Of a DNA stretch of 64,000 nt, positions 35,706 through 47,331 are shown in pieces. The notes beneath the pieces are model-generated. The model saw nothing but the letters and a program-made list of their open reading frames with translations. It was not told the origin of the DNA and did not search any database. A program made the position numbers and the translations under genes. The DNA is from Mycobacteriales bacterium. GTDB taxonomy: Bacteria; Actinomycetota; Actinomycetes; Mycobacteriales; SCTD01. Numbering within the stretch: position 1 is the stretch's first letter; every line of letters begins with the position of its first letter. Where the stretch lies: the NCBI GenBank assembly GCA_030447385.1, contig JAUJOY010000003.1, positions 144,292 through 208,291 of the forward strand. The letters are read 5' to 3'.

Positions 35706-36512
35706 TCAGGCGCCTGATCGGGCGGCGACGAGCGCGGTCTGCAGGGTCGTCCTGCCGGCGGTGTCCGCCACGACGGCTGTCGACGAGCCGGTACGACGGC
35801 CCGCACGCACCACCGACCCGGTCACGGTGACGCTCTCGCCGCGTGGGGTGGGCCGCAGGTAGGTGAAAGTCGAGGTCAGCGGCCGCAGCGGGCGGCCGAG
35901 GGCAGCCTCAGCCGCCAGCTGACCGGCCAGCGCGCCGACGCCCCCGTGCAGGCTGCCGAGGACGTTGCCGAGTGCCTCGCGCGCCACGAGGCCGAAGACC
36001 GGGCCGGGCTCGATGCCGAGCAGGTCCAGGAGGTCCTCGGCGGGCGGCTCCTGGACCACGTGCACGCGGTCGACCCGATCGGGCTCGGCGGTGGCCGGCA
36101 GGAACCACCCTGTGGTGCTGGCGATCTCCCGCCCGTCTGCATCGTGCAGCAGCCCCGTGGCGTGCTGCGGCCGACCGCCGTCGTAGGGAGCCGCGCGGCA
36201 GGTGGCGAGCAGCCACCCGCTGACAGGGGGGAGGCGCAGGTGGTCGACGGTCATGGCGATCGTGGTGACGCCGCGCAGGTCCGGAAGCGCGGCCAGAATC
36301 GAGGTGGTCAGGCCGAAGTCGGCCAGCAGAGCGGCGACCGCGCCCGTGACCTCGCCGCCGGGCAGCAGCAGCTCGGACGACAGCGGCAGCCGGACGGCAG
36401 TCGCTGCCGGTTCCACCCGTTCCAGGGTGGCGCCGAGCCGGCTCACCGCAGGTGGCACACCGCGGCCCTCGTCCCGCCAGCGCCGCAGGCGCTCCAGGCC
36501 GTCCTCGCTCAC
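35706..36512 (-). CDS. PaaI/hotdog-fold thioesterase-like protein with two hotdog halves
   Basis: The GTG start overlaps the GH65 stop (GTGA). Two similar halves end in ...GEVTGAVAALLADFGL... and ...GSLHGGVGALAGQLAAEA...; 268 aa. Confidence 0.7.
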   Translation of the reverse strand: MSEDGLERLRRWRDEGRGVPPAVSRLGATLERVEPAATAVRLPLSSELLLPGGEVTGAVAALLADFGLTTSILAALPDLRGVTTIAMTVDHLRLPPVSGWLLATCRAAPYDGGRPQHATGLLHDADGREIASTTGWFLPATAEPDRVDRVHVVQEPPAEDLLDLLGIEPGPVFGLVAREALGNVLGSLHGGVGALAGQLAAEAALGRPLRPLTSTFTYLRPTPRGESVTVTGSVVRAGRRTGSSTAVVADTAGRTTLQTALVAARSGA

Positions 36513-38860
36513 GGGCGCGCAGCCGGCTCCCGTCCCGGAGGCTGCGGTGGCCGGGGGAGCAGCGGCTGCCGACGGGTCCACGGCCGGACGACGGGCGAAT
36601 CCGGGGTCAGGTGGATCCGCTCGTCCGCGAGCAGGAGGTCCATGCTGGCGTCGGGGCCGTCGCGCAGGCTGAGGCGCACCTGCGTCCGGTCGACCTCGAC
36701 CAGCAGGCGCATGCCGTGCCACCGCAGGCGGAAGGTGAGGCGGTTGAGGCGTTCTGGCAGCTGGGGGTCGAGCAGCAGGCGCTCTCCGCGCAGCCGGAAC
36801 CCGCCGAAGCCGTCGACCAGGGCGATCCACGCCCCGGCCAGCGAGGCCATGTGCAGTCCGCTCCCGCTGTTGTCGTGCAGGTCGCGCAGGTCCACCAGTG
36901 CGGTCTCGTGCAGGTAGTCGTGCGCGAGCTCCAGGTGGCCCACCTCGGCGCACATCACGGCCTGCGTGCACGCTGACAGCGAGGAGTCGCGCACGGTCCG
37001 GCGCTCGTAGTAGTCCACGTTTCGCGCCTTCTCCTCAGGCGTGAAAGCGTCGCTGCACCAGTGCAGGGCGAGCACCAGGTCGGCCTGCTTGAGCACCTGC
37101 TTGCGGTAGAGGCGGACATACGGCTCGTGCAGCAGCAACGGGTAGTCGTCCTTGGAGGCCTCGAAGTCCCACTCGCCGTAGCGGGTGAACGACTGCGACT
37201 GCGGGTGGACTCCGAGCAGGGAGTCGTAGGGGATGTGGACCGCCTTCGCGGCGTCGCGCCACGCGGCGGTCTCCTCCACCGTGACGCCGAGGTCGGCGGC
37301 GAGCTGCGGGTGGCGCTGACACGCCGCGGCCGCGGCGCGCAGGTTGGCCGCCGCCATGAGGTTGGTGAAGACGTTGTCGTCCACCACGCCGGTGTACTCG
37401 TCGGGGCCGGTGACGCCGTCGATGTGCCAGCCGCCGTGGGCGTCGTGGTGGCCGAGGGAGACCCACAGCCGCGCGGTCTCGACGAGCAGCTCCAGTCCGC
37501 AGTCCCGCTCCAGCGACTCGTCGCCCGTCACGATGCGGTAGCGCTCCACCGCCATCGCGATGTCGGCGTTGACGTGGAACGCCGCCGTCCCCGCAGGCCA
37601 GTACGCCGAGCACTCCTGGCCGCGGATCGTGCGCCACGGGAAGGCCGCGCCGGCCAGGCCGAGGGTGCGGGCGCGTTCCCGGGCGAGATCGAGGGTGGAG
37701 TGCCGCCAGCGCAGGGCATCGGCCGCCGCGCTGGGCAGGGTCGCGGTCAGCACCGGGAGGACGAAGCCCTCGGTGTCCCAGAAGGCGTGCCCGTCGTAGC
37801 CCGGCCCGGTCAGCCCCTTGGCCGGCAGCGCCCGCCGCTCGGCGCGAGAGCCGCTCTGCAGGACGTGGAAGAGCCCGAACCGGACGGCCTGCTGCACCGC
37901 CGGGTCCCCCTCCACCTCGACGTCCGCGCTGTCCCAGAACTCGTCGAGGTAGTCGCGCTGGTTCGCCAGCAACCCCTCCCAGCCGGTGAACCGGGCGGCG
38001 GTGAGTCCCGCCGCCACCTGGTCGCGCACGGCTGCCGCCGAGCGGACGCTGGACCAGCCGTACGCCAGGTGCTTGACGACACGCAGTCGCTCGCCGGGCT
38101 GCAGGGTGCAGACCACGGTGGTCCGGGCCCAGTCCTCCCGCGCGTCGGTCTCCTCCGCGAACCGCCCCGGAGCCTGCACGACGTGGTCCATCCCGGCAGC
38201 CATGAGCAGCCCACTGGCCCGGGTCCGGTGCAGGAGCAGCGCCCCGTGCTGCTCGACGTCCCTGGCGACATGGTCCAGGGGGCGCTCGAGCACCGCCGAC
38301 ACCCGCGGGTCCTTGGACAGGAGGGGCTGTGACTCGTTGGCCACCAGCTCGGACTGCAAGATGATGCGCACCGGCTCGTCGGGGGCCTGCACCTCGTAGC
38401 AGATGGCGGCCACCGCCCGGTGGGCGAAGGACACCAGGCGCCTCGACGAGACCGTCACGCGCTTGCCGGCGGGGGAGGTCCAGTCGGCGTACCGGTCAAG
38501 GACGCCGGCCCGCAGGTCGAGCGTCCGCTTGTGCTCGCTGAGCTGGCCGTAGCGCACGTCGAACGGCTCGTCGTCGACGACCAGCCGCAGCAGCTTGCCG
38601 TTCGTGACGTCCACGACGGTCTGTCCGGACTCGGGGTAGCCGTATCCGGCCTCGGCGTAGGGAAGCGGGCGCAGCTCGTAGTAGGAGTTCAGGTAGGTGC
38701 CTGGGATGACGTGCGGCTCGCCCTCGTCGAGGTTGCCGCGCAGCCCGATGTGGCCGTTGGACAGGGCGAACACGGCCTCGGTCTGGCCCAGGCGGTCCAG
38801 GTCGAGCCGGGTCTCGCGTACACACCACGGGTCGATGGGGAAGATGTCCGGAGGGATCAC
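36509..38860 (-). CDS. Glycoside hydrolase family 65 disaccharide phosphorylase (trehalose/maltose/kojibiose phosphorylase type)
   Basis: 783 aa. [49 protein letters not shown]... and ...[12 protein letters not shown]... are typical of GH65. It is coupled to a beta-phosphoglucomutase gene. Confidence 0.88.
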   Translation of the reverse strand: MIPPDIFPIDPWCVRETRLDLDRLGQTEAVFALSNGHIGLRGNLDEGEPHVIPGTYLNSYYELRPLPYAEAGYGYPESGQTVVDVTNGKLLRLVVDDEPFDVRYGQLSEHKRTLDLRAGVLDRYADWTSPAGKRVTVSSRRLVSFAHRAVAAICYEVQAPDEPVRIILQSELVANESQPLLSKDPRVSAVLERPLDHVARDVEQHGALLLHRTRASGLLMAAGMDHVVQAPGRFAEETDAREDWARTTVVCTLQPGERLRVVKHLAYGWSSVRSAAAVRDQVAAGLTAARFTGWEGLLANQRDYLDEFWDSADVEVEGDPAVQQAVRFGLFHVLQSGSRAERRALPAKGLTGPGYDGHAFWDTEGFVLPVLTATLPSAAADALRWRHSTLDLARERARTLGLAGAAFPWRTIRGQECSAYWPAGTAAFHVNADIAMAVERYRIVTGDESLERDCGLELLVETARLWVSLGHHDAHGGWHIDGVTGPDEYTGVVDDNVFTNLMAAANLRAAAAACQRHPQLAADLGVTVEETAAWRDAAKAVHIPYDSLLGVHPQSQSFTRYGEWDFEASKDDYPLLLHEPYVRLYRKQVLKQADLVLALHWCSDAFTPEEKARNVDYYERRTVRDSSLSACTQAVMCAEVGHLELAHDYLHETALVDLRDLHDNSGSGLHMASLAGAWIALVDGFGGFRLRGERLLLDPQLPERLNRLTFRLRWHGMRLLVEVDRTQVRLSLRDGPDASMDLLLADERIHLTPDSPVVRPWTRRQPLLPRPPQPPGREPAARP

Positions 38861-39591
38861 AGCAGCTCCTCCAGGTCGGCCACCACGACGTCGGCGCCGG
38901 ACTCCCGCAGCGCCTGTGCCTGTCCCACGCGGTCCACCCCGACGACGAGCACGAAGCCCCCGGCCCGGCCCGCGGCGACACCCGCGAGGGCGTCCTCGAA
39001 GACGACGGCCCGGTCCGGTCCGACACCGAGATCCGCCGCTGCGGCGAGGAAGGTGTCCGGCGCGGGCTTGCCAGGGAGCGAGCGCTCGCGGGCGGTGACG
39101 CCGTCCACCCGCAGGTCGATCAGCGGCGCGAGGCCGGTCACCGCGAGGACCGACTCGGTGTTGGCGCTGCTGGACACGACCGCGCAGCGCAGGCCCGCCT
39201 CACGCGCAGCGGCCAGGTAGCGGCGGCTGCCCTCGTAGACCCGCACGCCGTCGCTGTCGATCCGCCCCAGCAGCAGCTCGTTCTTGCGGTTGCCGATGCC
39301 GTGCACCGACTCGACGCCGGGAGCATCCTCGAGGCTGCCCTCGGGCAGGGTCATCCCGCGGCTCGCGAGGAAGCTGCGTACGCCGTCCTCGCGCTTCTTG
39401 CCGTCCACGTAGGAGATGTAGTCCGCGCCCGGGTCGAACTCCACGAACGGCTCGCCGGTGCGCTCGGCCCGCTCGCGCAGGTAGTCGTCGAAGGTCTGCT
39501 TCCACGCCGCGTTGTGGACCGAGGCGGTGTCGGTGAGGACCCCGTCCAGGTCGAACAGGCAGGCGAGCACATCGTCGGGCAAGCCGAGCAC
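38857..39591 (-). CDS. pgmB: Beta-phosphoglucomutase (HAD family)
   Basis: GGAGG RBS before the GTG at 39591. [12 protein letters not shown] (motif I), [21 protein letters not shown]. 244 aa, with a 4-nt overlap with the GH65 start. Confidence 0.88.
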   Translation of the reverse strand: MLGLPDDVLACLFDLDGVLTDTASVHNAAWKQTFDDYLRERAERTGEPFVEFDPGADYISYVDGKKREDGVRSFLASRGMTLPEGSLEDAPGVESVHGIGNRKNELLLGRIDSDGVRVYEGSRRYLAAAREAGLRCAVVSSSANTESVLAVTGLAPLIDLRVDGVTARERSLPGKPAPDTFLAAAADLGVGPDRAVVFEDALAGVAAGRAGGFVLVVGVDRVGQAQALRESGADVVVADLEELL

Positions 39592-39664
39592 GGGACCTCC
39601 AGGAGCCGGGCCTGACGGCCCGCTACGACTGTGGAGCGGCTGACCGGCCGTATCCTAGAGGGGG

Positions 39665-42600
39665 ATGTCGAGCGGAGGCAGGCAGGAGCGCCTGGAGCGC
39701 CGGCGCGCCGCGGTACCCGCCCTGCACTTCCCGGAGTCCCTGCCGGTCACCCGGCGCAAGGACGACATCGCCGCGGCTCTGCGCAGCTCGCAGGTGGTCG
39801 TGGTCGCCGGGGAGACAGGGTCGGGCAAGACGACCCAGATCCCCAAGATCTGCCTCGAGCTGGGCCGGGGCGTGGCCGGGATGATCGGGCACACCCAGCC
39901 GCGGCGGCTCGCCGCGCGCAGCGTCGCCGAGCGCATCGCCGACGAGCTGCAGACCCCCCTCGGGAGGGCCGTCGGCTACACCGTCCGCTTCCACGACCAG
40001 GTGGGGGAGGACACCCTCGTCAAGCTCATGACCGACGGGATCCTGCTCGCCGAGATCTCGCGGGACCGCAACCTCTCCGCCTACGACACGATCATCCTGG
40101 ACGAGGCGCACGAGCGGTCGCTCAACATCGACTTCCTGCTCGGCTACCTCAAGCAGCTGCTGCCGCGGCGGCCGGACCTGAAGCTCGTCATCACCAGCGC
40201 GACCATCGACCCGCAGCGGTTCGCCGCGCACTTCGACGACGCGCCGATCGTGGAGGTGTCGGGCCGCGGCTTTCCCGTCGAGATCCGCTACCGGCCCATC
40301 CTCGACGAGGACAGCGACCAGGTCACGGCGATCGTCGAGGCCGTCGAGGAGCTCGCGGCGGAGGGACCTGGTGACGTGCTGGTGTTCCTGTCCGGCGAGC
40401 GCGAGATCCGCGACACCGCCGACGCGCTCCGGACGGAAGTCCCCGACGGGACGGAGGTCTTGCCGCTGTTCGCGCGGCTGAGTGCAGCCGAGCAGCACCG
40501 GGTGTTCGCGCCGCATCCCGGCCGCCGGATCGTCCTGGCGACGAACGTCGCCGAGACCTCGCTGACCGTTCCGGGGATCCGCTACGTCGTGGACCCGGGC
40601 ACCGCGCGGATCTCCCGCTACAGCCAGCGCACGAAGGTGCAGCGGCTGCCGATCGAGCGGATCAGCCAGGCCAGCGCCACCCAGCGGGCCGGCCGCTGCG
40701 GGCGGGTCGCGGCTGGCGTGTGCATCCGGCTCTACGAGGAGGAGGACCTGCTGGCCCGCCCCCAGTACACCGACCCGGAGATCCTGCGTACGAACCTCGC
40801 CAGCGTTCTCCTGCAGATGACCGCCCTCGACCTCGGTGAGATCACCGACTTCCCTTTCGTCGACCCGCCCGACCGGCGCAACGTGAAGGACGGCGTCGAC
40901 CTGCTGCACGAGCTGGGCGCGCTGGACCTGCGCCAGGAGGACCCTCGGCGGCGGCTGACGCGCATCGGACGGAGCCTGGCGCAGCTGCCGCTGGACCCCC
41001 GGCTGGGGCGCATGGTCGTCGAGGCCGACCGCAACGGGTGCGTACGCGACGTCCTGGTGATCACTGCCGCGCTCTCGATCCAGGACCCCCGAGAACGGCC
41101 GCAGGAGAAGTCGCAGGCGGCGGCCGAGATGCATGCGCGCTTCTCCGACGAGACGTCGGACTTCCTCACCTACCTCAACCTGTGGCGCTACCTGCAGGAG
41201 CAGCAGAAGGTCCTGTCGAGCAGCGCCTTTCGCCGGATGTGCAAGCGCGAGTACCTGAACTACCTGCGCGTACGCGAGTGGCAGGACCTGCACACCCAGC
41301 TGCGCCGCAGCCTGTCGCGGGCTGACCTCTCGCTCGACGGCGGGAAGGCCGCGGCGGACAGCATCCACAAGGCGCTGCTCGCCGGCCTGCTCAGCCACAT
41401 CGGGCTGCGCGACGCCGAGAAGCGGGAGTACGCCGGCGCGCGCAACGCCCGCTGGGCGCTGGCCCCGGGGTCGGTCCTCTCGAAGAAGACGCCGCGGTGG
41501 GTGATGGCCGCAGAGCTCGTGGAGACCACCCGCATGTGGGGGCGCATCGCCGGCCGCATCGACCCCGCCTGGGCCGAGGAGCTCGGCGCCCACCTGGTGA
41601 AGCGGCAGTACTCCGAGCCGCACTGGGAGCGCAAGCAGGCGGCCGTCATGGCGTACGAGCGGGTCACGCTCTACGGGGTCCCCCTCGTGGCGCAGCGCAA
41701 GGTCAGCTTCGGTCGCGTCGCGCCGGTGCTGTCCCGCGAGATGTTCCTGCGCTCGGCGCTGGTCGAGGGCGACTGGGACACCTTCCACGACTTCTTCGCC
41801 GCCAACCAGGCGCTGCGCAGCGAGGTCGAGGAGCTCGAGCACCGGTCGCGCCGTCGCGACATCGTCGTGGACGACGAGGCGCTCTACGCCTTCTACGACG
41901 CCAGGGTCCCGTCCGACGTCGTCTCCGGGCGGCACTTCGACAGCTGGTGGAAGCGGGCGCGACGCGAGAAGCCCGACCTGCTGACGCTCACGCTGTCCGA
42001 CCTGGTGAGCCACTCCGCCGAGGTCCTGTCGGCGCTCGACCACCCGGACGTGTGGATCTCCGGGAACCTGCGGCTGCCGCTCACCTACCAGTTCGAGCCC
42101 GGGTCCGAGGGCGACGGCGTCACGGTGCACATCCCGCTGTCGGTGCTGAACCAGGTGACCCAGGACGGCTTCGACTGGCAGGTGCCCGGGCTGCGGCAGG
42201 AGCTCGTCGTGGCGCTGCTCAAGTCGCTGCGCAAGCCGCTTCGGGTGCGGTGCGTCCCCGTACCCGACACGGCCGCGGCGCTGCTCGCCGTGCTCGAGCC
42301 GCAGCAGCGGCCGCTGCTCGAGGCCCTGGAGGCCGAGCTGCTCAACACCAGGCGGATCGACGTCCGCCGCGAGGACTGGCGGCTCGACCGGGTGCCGGAC
42401 CACCTGCGCATGACCTTCCGGGTCGAGGACGAGGTCGGCGCCCCCCTGGCGGAGGGCAAGGACCTGGCGGCGCTCCAGGCGGAGCTGCGGCCGCAGGTGC
42501 AGCGGTCCCTGTCGTCCGCCGCGCAGAGCATCGAGCGGACCGGCCTCACCACCTGGGATCTCGGGGTGCTCCCGCGACAGGTGCAGCAGGGCGCGGTGGT

Positions 42601-43393
42601 GGGCTACCCGACGCTCGTCGACGAGGGGACGACGGTGGGGGTACGCGTCGTCGGGAGCGCGGCCGAGCAGCAGGCCCAGATGTGGCGCGGCACCAGGCGG
42701 CTGCTCCGGCTGGCCCTGCCGTCACCGGTCAAGGCGCTGTCCGGCCGGTTGCCGAACGCCACCAAGCTGGCCGTCGCCGCTCATGCGCCCGGCGGCGTGC
42801 CCGCCACGCTGGAGGACTGCACGACCGCGGCGCTTGACGCGCTGATGTCGGCGGCGGGTGCGCCCGCGTGGGAGCCCGACGGTTTCGCCGGGCTCGTGGA
42901 GGGCGCGCGCCCGGACCTGCTGCGCTCGGTGGAGGAGGTGCTCTCGGTGGTGACGCAGGTCCTGGCGGGTGCGGCTGCCCTCCGCGCGCGGCTGGACGCC
43001 GAGAAGCGGCCGGCTCTGGCGGCGCCGGTGGCGGACATGCGGGCGCAGCTCGAGCGCCTGCTGCCGCCGGACGTCGCGTCCACGACCGGAGCGGCCCGGC
43101 TGCCCGACCTGCTGCGCTACCTGAAGGGCGTGGAGGTGCGCCTGGACAAGCTGCCGAACGCCCCGGCTCGTGACCGGCTCGCCATGGCTCAGGTGGCCGC
43201 GGTGCAGGCCGAGGTGGACGACGTGCTCAAACCGGTCGAGGCCGGCCGGAACCTCGATGCCGCCGGCCAGGCCGCTGAGCTGCCCTGGATGGTCGAGGAG
43301 CTGCGGATCAGCCTGTTCGCGCAGCCGATGCGGACCCGCTACCCCGTCTCGGACAAGCGGGTCTACAAGGCGATCGACGCCCTCGTCCAGTAG
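39665..43393 (+). CDS. hrpA: ATP-dependent RNA helicase HrpA (DEAH-box)
   Basis: 1242 aa with GETGSGKTTQIPK, LDEAHERSLNIDFLLG, SATID and QRAGRCGR. Confidence 0.93.
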   Translation: MSSGGRQERLERRRAAVPALHFPESLPVTRRKDDIAAALRSSQVVVVAGETGSGKTTQIPKICLELGRGVAGMIGHTQPRRLAARSVAERIADELQTPLGRAVGYTVRFHDQVGEDTLVKLMTDGILLAEISRDRNLSAYDTIILDEAHERSLNIDFLLGYLKQLLPRRPDLKLVITSATIDPQRFAAHFDDAPIVEVSGRGFPVEIRYRPILDEDSDQVTAIVEAVEELAAEGPGDVLVFLSGEREIRDTADALRTEVPDGTEVLPLFARLSAAEQHRVFAPHPGRRIVLATNVAETSLTVPGIRYVVDPGTARISRYSQRTKVQRLPIERISQASATQRAGRCGRVAAGVCIRLYEEEDLLARPQYTDPEILRTNLASVLLQMTALDLGEITDFPFVDPPDRRNVKDGVDLLHELGALDLRQEDPRRRLTRIGRSLAQLPLDPRLGRMVVEADRNGCVRDVLVITAALSIQDPRERPQEKSQAAAEMHARFSDETSDFLTYLNLWRYLQEQQKVLSSSAFRRMCKREYLNYLRVREWQDLHTQLRRSLSRADLSLDGGKAAADSIHKALLAGLLSHIGLRDAEKREYAGARNARWALAPGSVLSKKTPRWVMAAELVETTRMWGRIAGRIDPAWAEELGAHLVKRQYSEPHWERKQAAVMAYERVTLYGVPLVAQRKVSFGRVAPVLSREMFLRSALVEGDWDTFHDFFAANQALRSEVEELEHRSRRRDIVVDDEALYAFYDARVPSDVVSGRHFDSWWKRARREKPDLLTLTLSDLVSHSAEVLSALDHPDVWISGNLRLPLTYQFEPGSEGDGVTVHIPLSVLNQVTQDGFDWQVPGLRQELVVALLKSLRKPLRVRCVPVPDTAAALLAVLEPQQRPLLEALEAELLNTRRIDVRREDWRLDRVPDHLRMTFRVEDEVGAPLAEGKDLAALQAELRPQVQRSLSSAAQSIERTGLTTWDLGVLPRQVQQGAVVGYPTLVDEGTTVGVRVVGSAAEQQAQMWRGTRRLLRLALPSPVKALSGRLPNATKLAVAAHAPGGVPATLEDCTTAALDALMSAAGAPAWEPDGFAGLVEGARPDLLRSVEEVLSVVTQVLAGAAALRARLDAEKRPALAAPVADMRAQLERLLPPDVASTTGAARLPDLLRYLKGVEVRLDKLPNAPARDRLAMAQVAAVQAEVDDVLKPVEAGRNLDAAGQAAELPWMVEELRISLFAQPMRTRYPVSDKRVYKAIDALVQ

Positions 43394-43560
43394 GTCTTCG
43401 AGGGGATCGGGGCCCCGACGGGGCAGCCTGCTGCCGCCGGATGGCGCGTCGACGCGGCACGGGCAGGACCCCCCCGCATATGGTGGGGGCCGGTGCGCAA
43501 CCTCGCGGCCGACCCGGACGTCTTCTCCCCCAGAGACCCGTCCTGCTTGAGGAGCCCGCT

Positions 43561-44595
43561 GTGCGTCGCCGTACGTCTTCCGTCCTCGTCCTCGTGACCG
43601 TCGTCTCCCTGGCAGCCACCGCCTGCAGCAACGGCAGCGGTGCGCCCCGTCCGGCTGCGGTCGAGGTGGCGTCCGAGGCACTCGAGCCGGTCTCGCCCAG
43701 CCCGGAGGCCTCTCCCACCGAGACCGCCGTGTCCGCCGTGGCCGGCGCCAGCCCCTCCGCCTCCCCGTCCGCGTCGGCCTCACCCAAGCCGAAGCCGAGC
43801 CCGAAGCCGGCCTTCGTCTACGACGTGGCCGCAGTGCAGCGCAAGCTGACCGAGCTGCGCTACTTCGTCGCGCCGATCGACGGCCGGCCCAGCCCCGCGC
43901 TGCGCAGCTCGGTCATGGCGTTCCAGAAGGTGCAGGGGATGCGCATCGACGGGGTCGTCGGGCCTCCCACGATCGCCGCTCTCGCCGCACCGAAGCTGCC
44001 TGCCCTTGCCGGCGGCGGCCCCCCGGACCGGGTCGAGGTGGACCTGACCAAGCAGGTCCTGTACGTCGTGAAGGGCGGCCAGCTCTCGCGGATCATGCCC
44101 GTGAGCTCGGGCAACGGCGCCACGTACACGCAGAAGAACAGCCGGACCAAGGCCCGCGCCCTCACGCCCACCGGCTACTACAAGATCGAGCGCCGGATCA
44201 TCGGTGAGCGAATCGCCGACCTCGGCACGCTCTACGACCCGCAGTACTTCTACCGCGGGTGGGCCATCCACGGCTCGAACAGCGTGCCGGCCGGCCCCGC
44301 CTCGCACGGCTGCGTACGCGTGACGCGCACCGACGCGAAGTACCTGCTGCAGGTCCTGAGCGTGGGCATGACGGTGCACCTGTACGGCGGCAAGCACATC
44401 TTCGCCGCGGGCAGCAGCGCACCCGGGACGGACAACCCGACCGGTGACACCGCTGCCGATGCGCCGCCGCCGCCCCCGCCGCCACCCCCGCCGCCCCCTG
44501 CCGCACCGGTCCCCGCCCCGTCGCCGTCCGAGCAGAGCCCGAGCCCCCAGCCCAGTCCGGCCCAGCTGCTGCCGAGCGCGAGCCCGCCGCCCTGA
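43561..44595 (+). CDS. L,D-transpeptidase lipoprotein (peptidoglycan-binding domain + YkuD domain) with a Pro-rich tail
   Basis: GAGGAG RBS before the GTG at 43561. Lipobox VVSLAATAC; PG-binding-like VAAVQRKLTELRYF...MAFQKVQGMRIDGVVGP; catalytic HGSNSVPAGPASHGCVRV; the tail is PPPPPPPPPPPPPAAPVPAPSPS.... Confidence 0.85.
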   Translation: MRRRTSSVLVLVTVVSLAATACSNGSGAPRPAAVEVASEALEPVSPSPEASPTETAVSAVAGASPSASPSASASPKPKPSPKPAFVYDVAAVQRKLTELRYFVAPIDGRPSPALRSSVMAFQKVQGMRIDGVVGPPTIAALAAPKLPALAGGGPPDRVEVDLTKQVLYVVKGGQLSRIMPVSSGNGATYTQKNSRTKARALTPTGYYKIERRIIGERIADLGTLYDPQYFYRGWAIHGSNSVPAGPASHGCVRVTRTDAKYLLQVLSVGMTVHLYGGKHIFAAGSSAPGTDNPTGDTAADAPPPPPPPPPPPPAAPVPAPSPSEQSPSPQPSPAQLLPSASPPP

Positions 44596-44737
44596 TCAGC
44601 GGGCCGTGAGGGCTCCCCCGACCTTGGGGGCGTCGGGGGCCGGGGCGGCCGCGAGGACGTCCAGGCCTCGAGGGCGCCGGGTCGCCGGGGACGTGGGGGG
44701 CTGGGGCTTGGCTGGGCCTCAGGACCCGGTGGGCCGC

Positions 44738-44947
44738 TCAGGGCACCGGGCGCTCGAAGGTCGCCAGCAGTCCCTCGGTGCCGCCGGGCCCGACGCGGCC
44801 GCGGACCTCGACAGCCGTCAGCGTCTTGAGCTGCCAGCCGTTGCCTGCCTTGTCGTTCAGCACCTTCTCCACCTTGTCGCCGGACATCTTGCCGCCGATC
44901 ATCCCCTCGCGGATCTCGACCACGAGGTACTCGTACCGCTGCGCCAT
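44738..44947 (-). CDS. DUF4177-like small protein
   Basis: MAQRYEYLVVEIREGMIGGKMSGDKVEKVLNDKAGNGWQLKTLTAVE...; GGGAG RBS 6 nt upstream of the ATG at 44947. Confidence 0.75.
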   Translation of the reverse strand: MAQRYEYLVVEIREGMIGGKMSGDKVEKVLNDKAGNGWQLKTLTAVEVRGRVGPGGTEGLLATFERPVP

Positions 44948-45273
44948 GACCACTCCCTGTCCCTACGGCCCGCGCGGCCGCAGGAGGGGAGTGTGCACCG
45001 GTGCGTCCGGATGAGCGACGGATCCTCGGGCGCTGGCGGGTCGATGCGCCCGGAGCCGGGGCCGGGCGGGAACCGGGAGCCGGCGCTGTGGTGTGCGGGT
45101 CACCGGCGAGGTCCTCGAGGTAGCGCCCGCTTCTACGGGGCAGCGGATGGCACGCGTGCGGCCCCGGGCCCTGTCGTCGACCGTGGATCTTGCGAATCGT
45201 GGGCTGGGTATCGACACGCCGGCGCGTCCTGTGCCAGACCACGATTCACGTGATCGCTCGCCCGAGCGAACGA

Positions 45274-46545
<1,272 letters not shown>

Positions 46546-46709
46546 GGGTGGTCCTCCTGGAACAGCACGCGGTACGTGGCACGTCATCCTTTCCCCAGCC
46601 CGGTACCCGACACCCCGTGGGCTACCCGGTCGGGGGCCGGGCGGGGGCCAGGTGCTGCATGCGAGCCTGGTCACACCGGCTGGGATCGGCCGTGGGGCAG
46701 GATCGGGGG

Positions 46710-47288
46710 ATGACGTCCCCCGGCGCCGACGCCGGCACCGGGCTGCCTGCCGAGGTCCGCAAGGCGAGGGTGGGCGACGTCGCGGGCATCCAGCGCCTGG
46801 TCGACACCTACGTCCCGGACCGCCGGCTGCTGCGCAAGGCGCCCGTGACCCTGTACGAGGACGTCCAGGAGTTCTTCGTCGCCGTGGACGGGGAGCGAGT
46901 GGTCGGCTGCGGCGCCCTGCACGTGCTGTGGAAGGACCTCGCGGAGGTGCGCACCCTCGCTGTGGCTCCCGACGCCCAGGGGGCGGGCGTCGGGTCGGGC
47001 CTGCTGGCCCGCCTCATGGACCACGCCCTCGAGCTGGGGGTGCGCCGGCTGTTCTGCCTGACCTTCGAGACGGGCTTCTTCGCCCGGCACGGCTTCGTCC
47101 CGCTGGACGAGGCCGTCGTCGACCCGGAGGTGCAGTCCGAGCTGCTGCGGTCCACCGACGAGGGCGTCGCGGAGTTCCTCGACCTCGAGCGGGTGAAGCC
47201 GAACACGCTCGGCAACACCCGGATGCTCGCCGTCCTCGACGGCAGCCCGCACACGTCCCTGGAATCAGGGGCGGCCGTCCATCGTTGA
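46710..47288 (+). CDS. argA: Amino-acid N-acetyltransferase (short, mycobacterial-type ArgA; GNAT)
   Basis: VRKARVGDVAGIQRLVDTYV...TLYEDVQEFFVA...VVGCGALHVLWKDLAEVRTLAV...FCLTFETGFFARHGF...GVAEFLDLERVKPNTLGNTRM. This is very close to my recollection of M. tuberculosis Rv2747. Confidence 0.85.
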   Translation: MTSPGADAGTGLPAEVRKARVGDVAGIQRLVDTYVPDRRLLRKAPVTLYEDVQEFFVAVDGERVVGCGALHVLWKDLAEVRTLAVAPDAQGAGVGSGLLARLMDHALELGVRRLFCLTFETGFFARHGFVPLDEAVVDPEVQSELLRSTDEGVAEFLDLERVKPNTLGNTRMLAVLDGSPHTSLESGAAVHR

Positions 47289-47331
47289 CCAGGTCGGTTG
47301 CGCATGCAATCACCGGTCGAGGAGCCACTCC

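Noticed and set aside
39623-42403. 926-aa ORF on the minus strand.
   Set aside because: It is entirely antisense to the well-supported hrpA gene. The translation is Arg/Pro/Gly/Leu-rich with no motifs, which is the typical high-GC shadow ORF.
44455-44595. CCG/CCC-rich low-complexity DNA, considered as a tandem repeat.
   Set aside because: It is the in-frame Pro-rich C-terminal tail (PPPPPPPPPPPPPAAPVPAPSPS...) of the L,D-transpeptidase, so it is low-complexity coding sequence rather than a structural DNA repeat.
44954-45273. Largest intergenic gap (320 nt, between the DUF4177-like gene and gltA), considered as a possible sRNA, tRNA or small gene.
   Set aside because: There is no tRNA-like structure and no ORF with an RBS and coding-like composition. 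A weak hairpin just after the gltA stop (about 45251..45276) looks like a terminator at best. It cannot be excluded as an sRNA locus without expression data.
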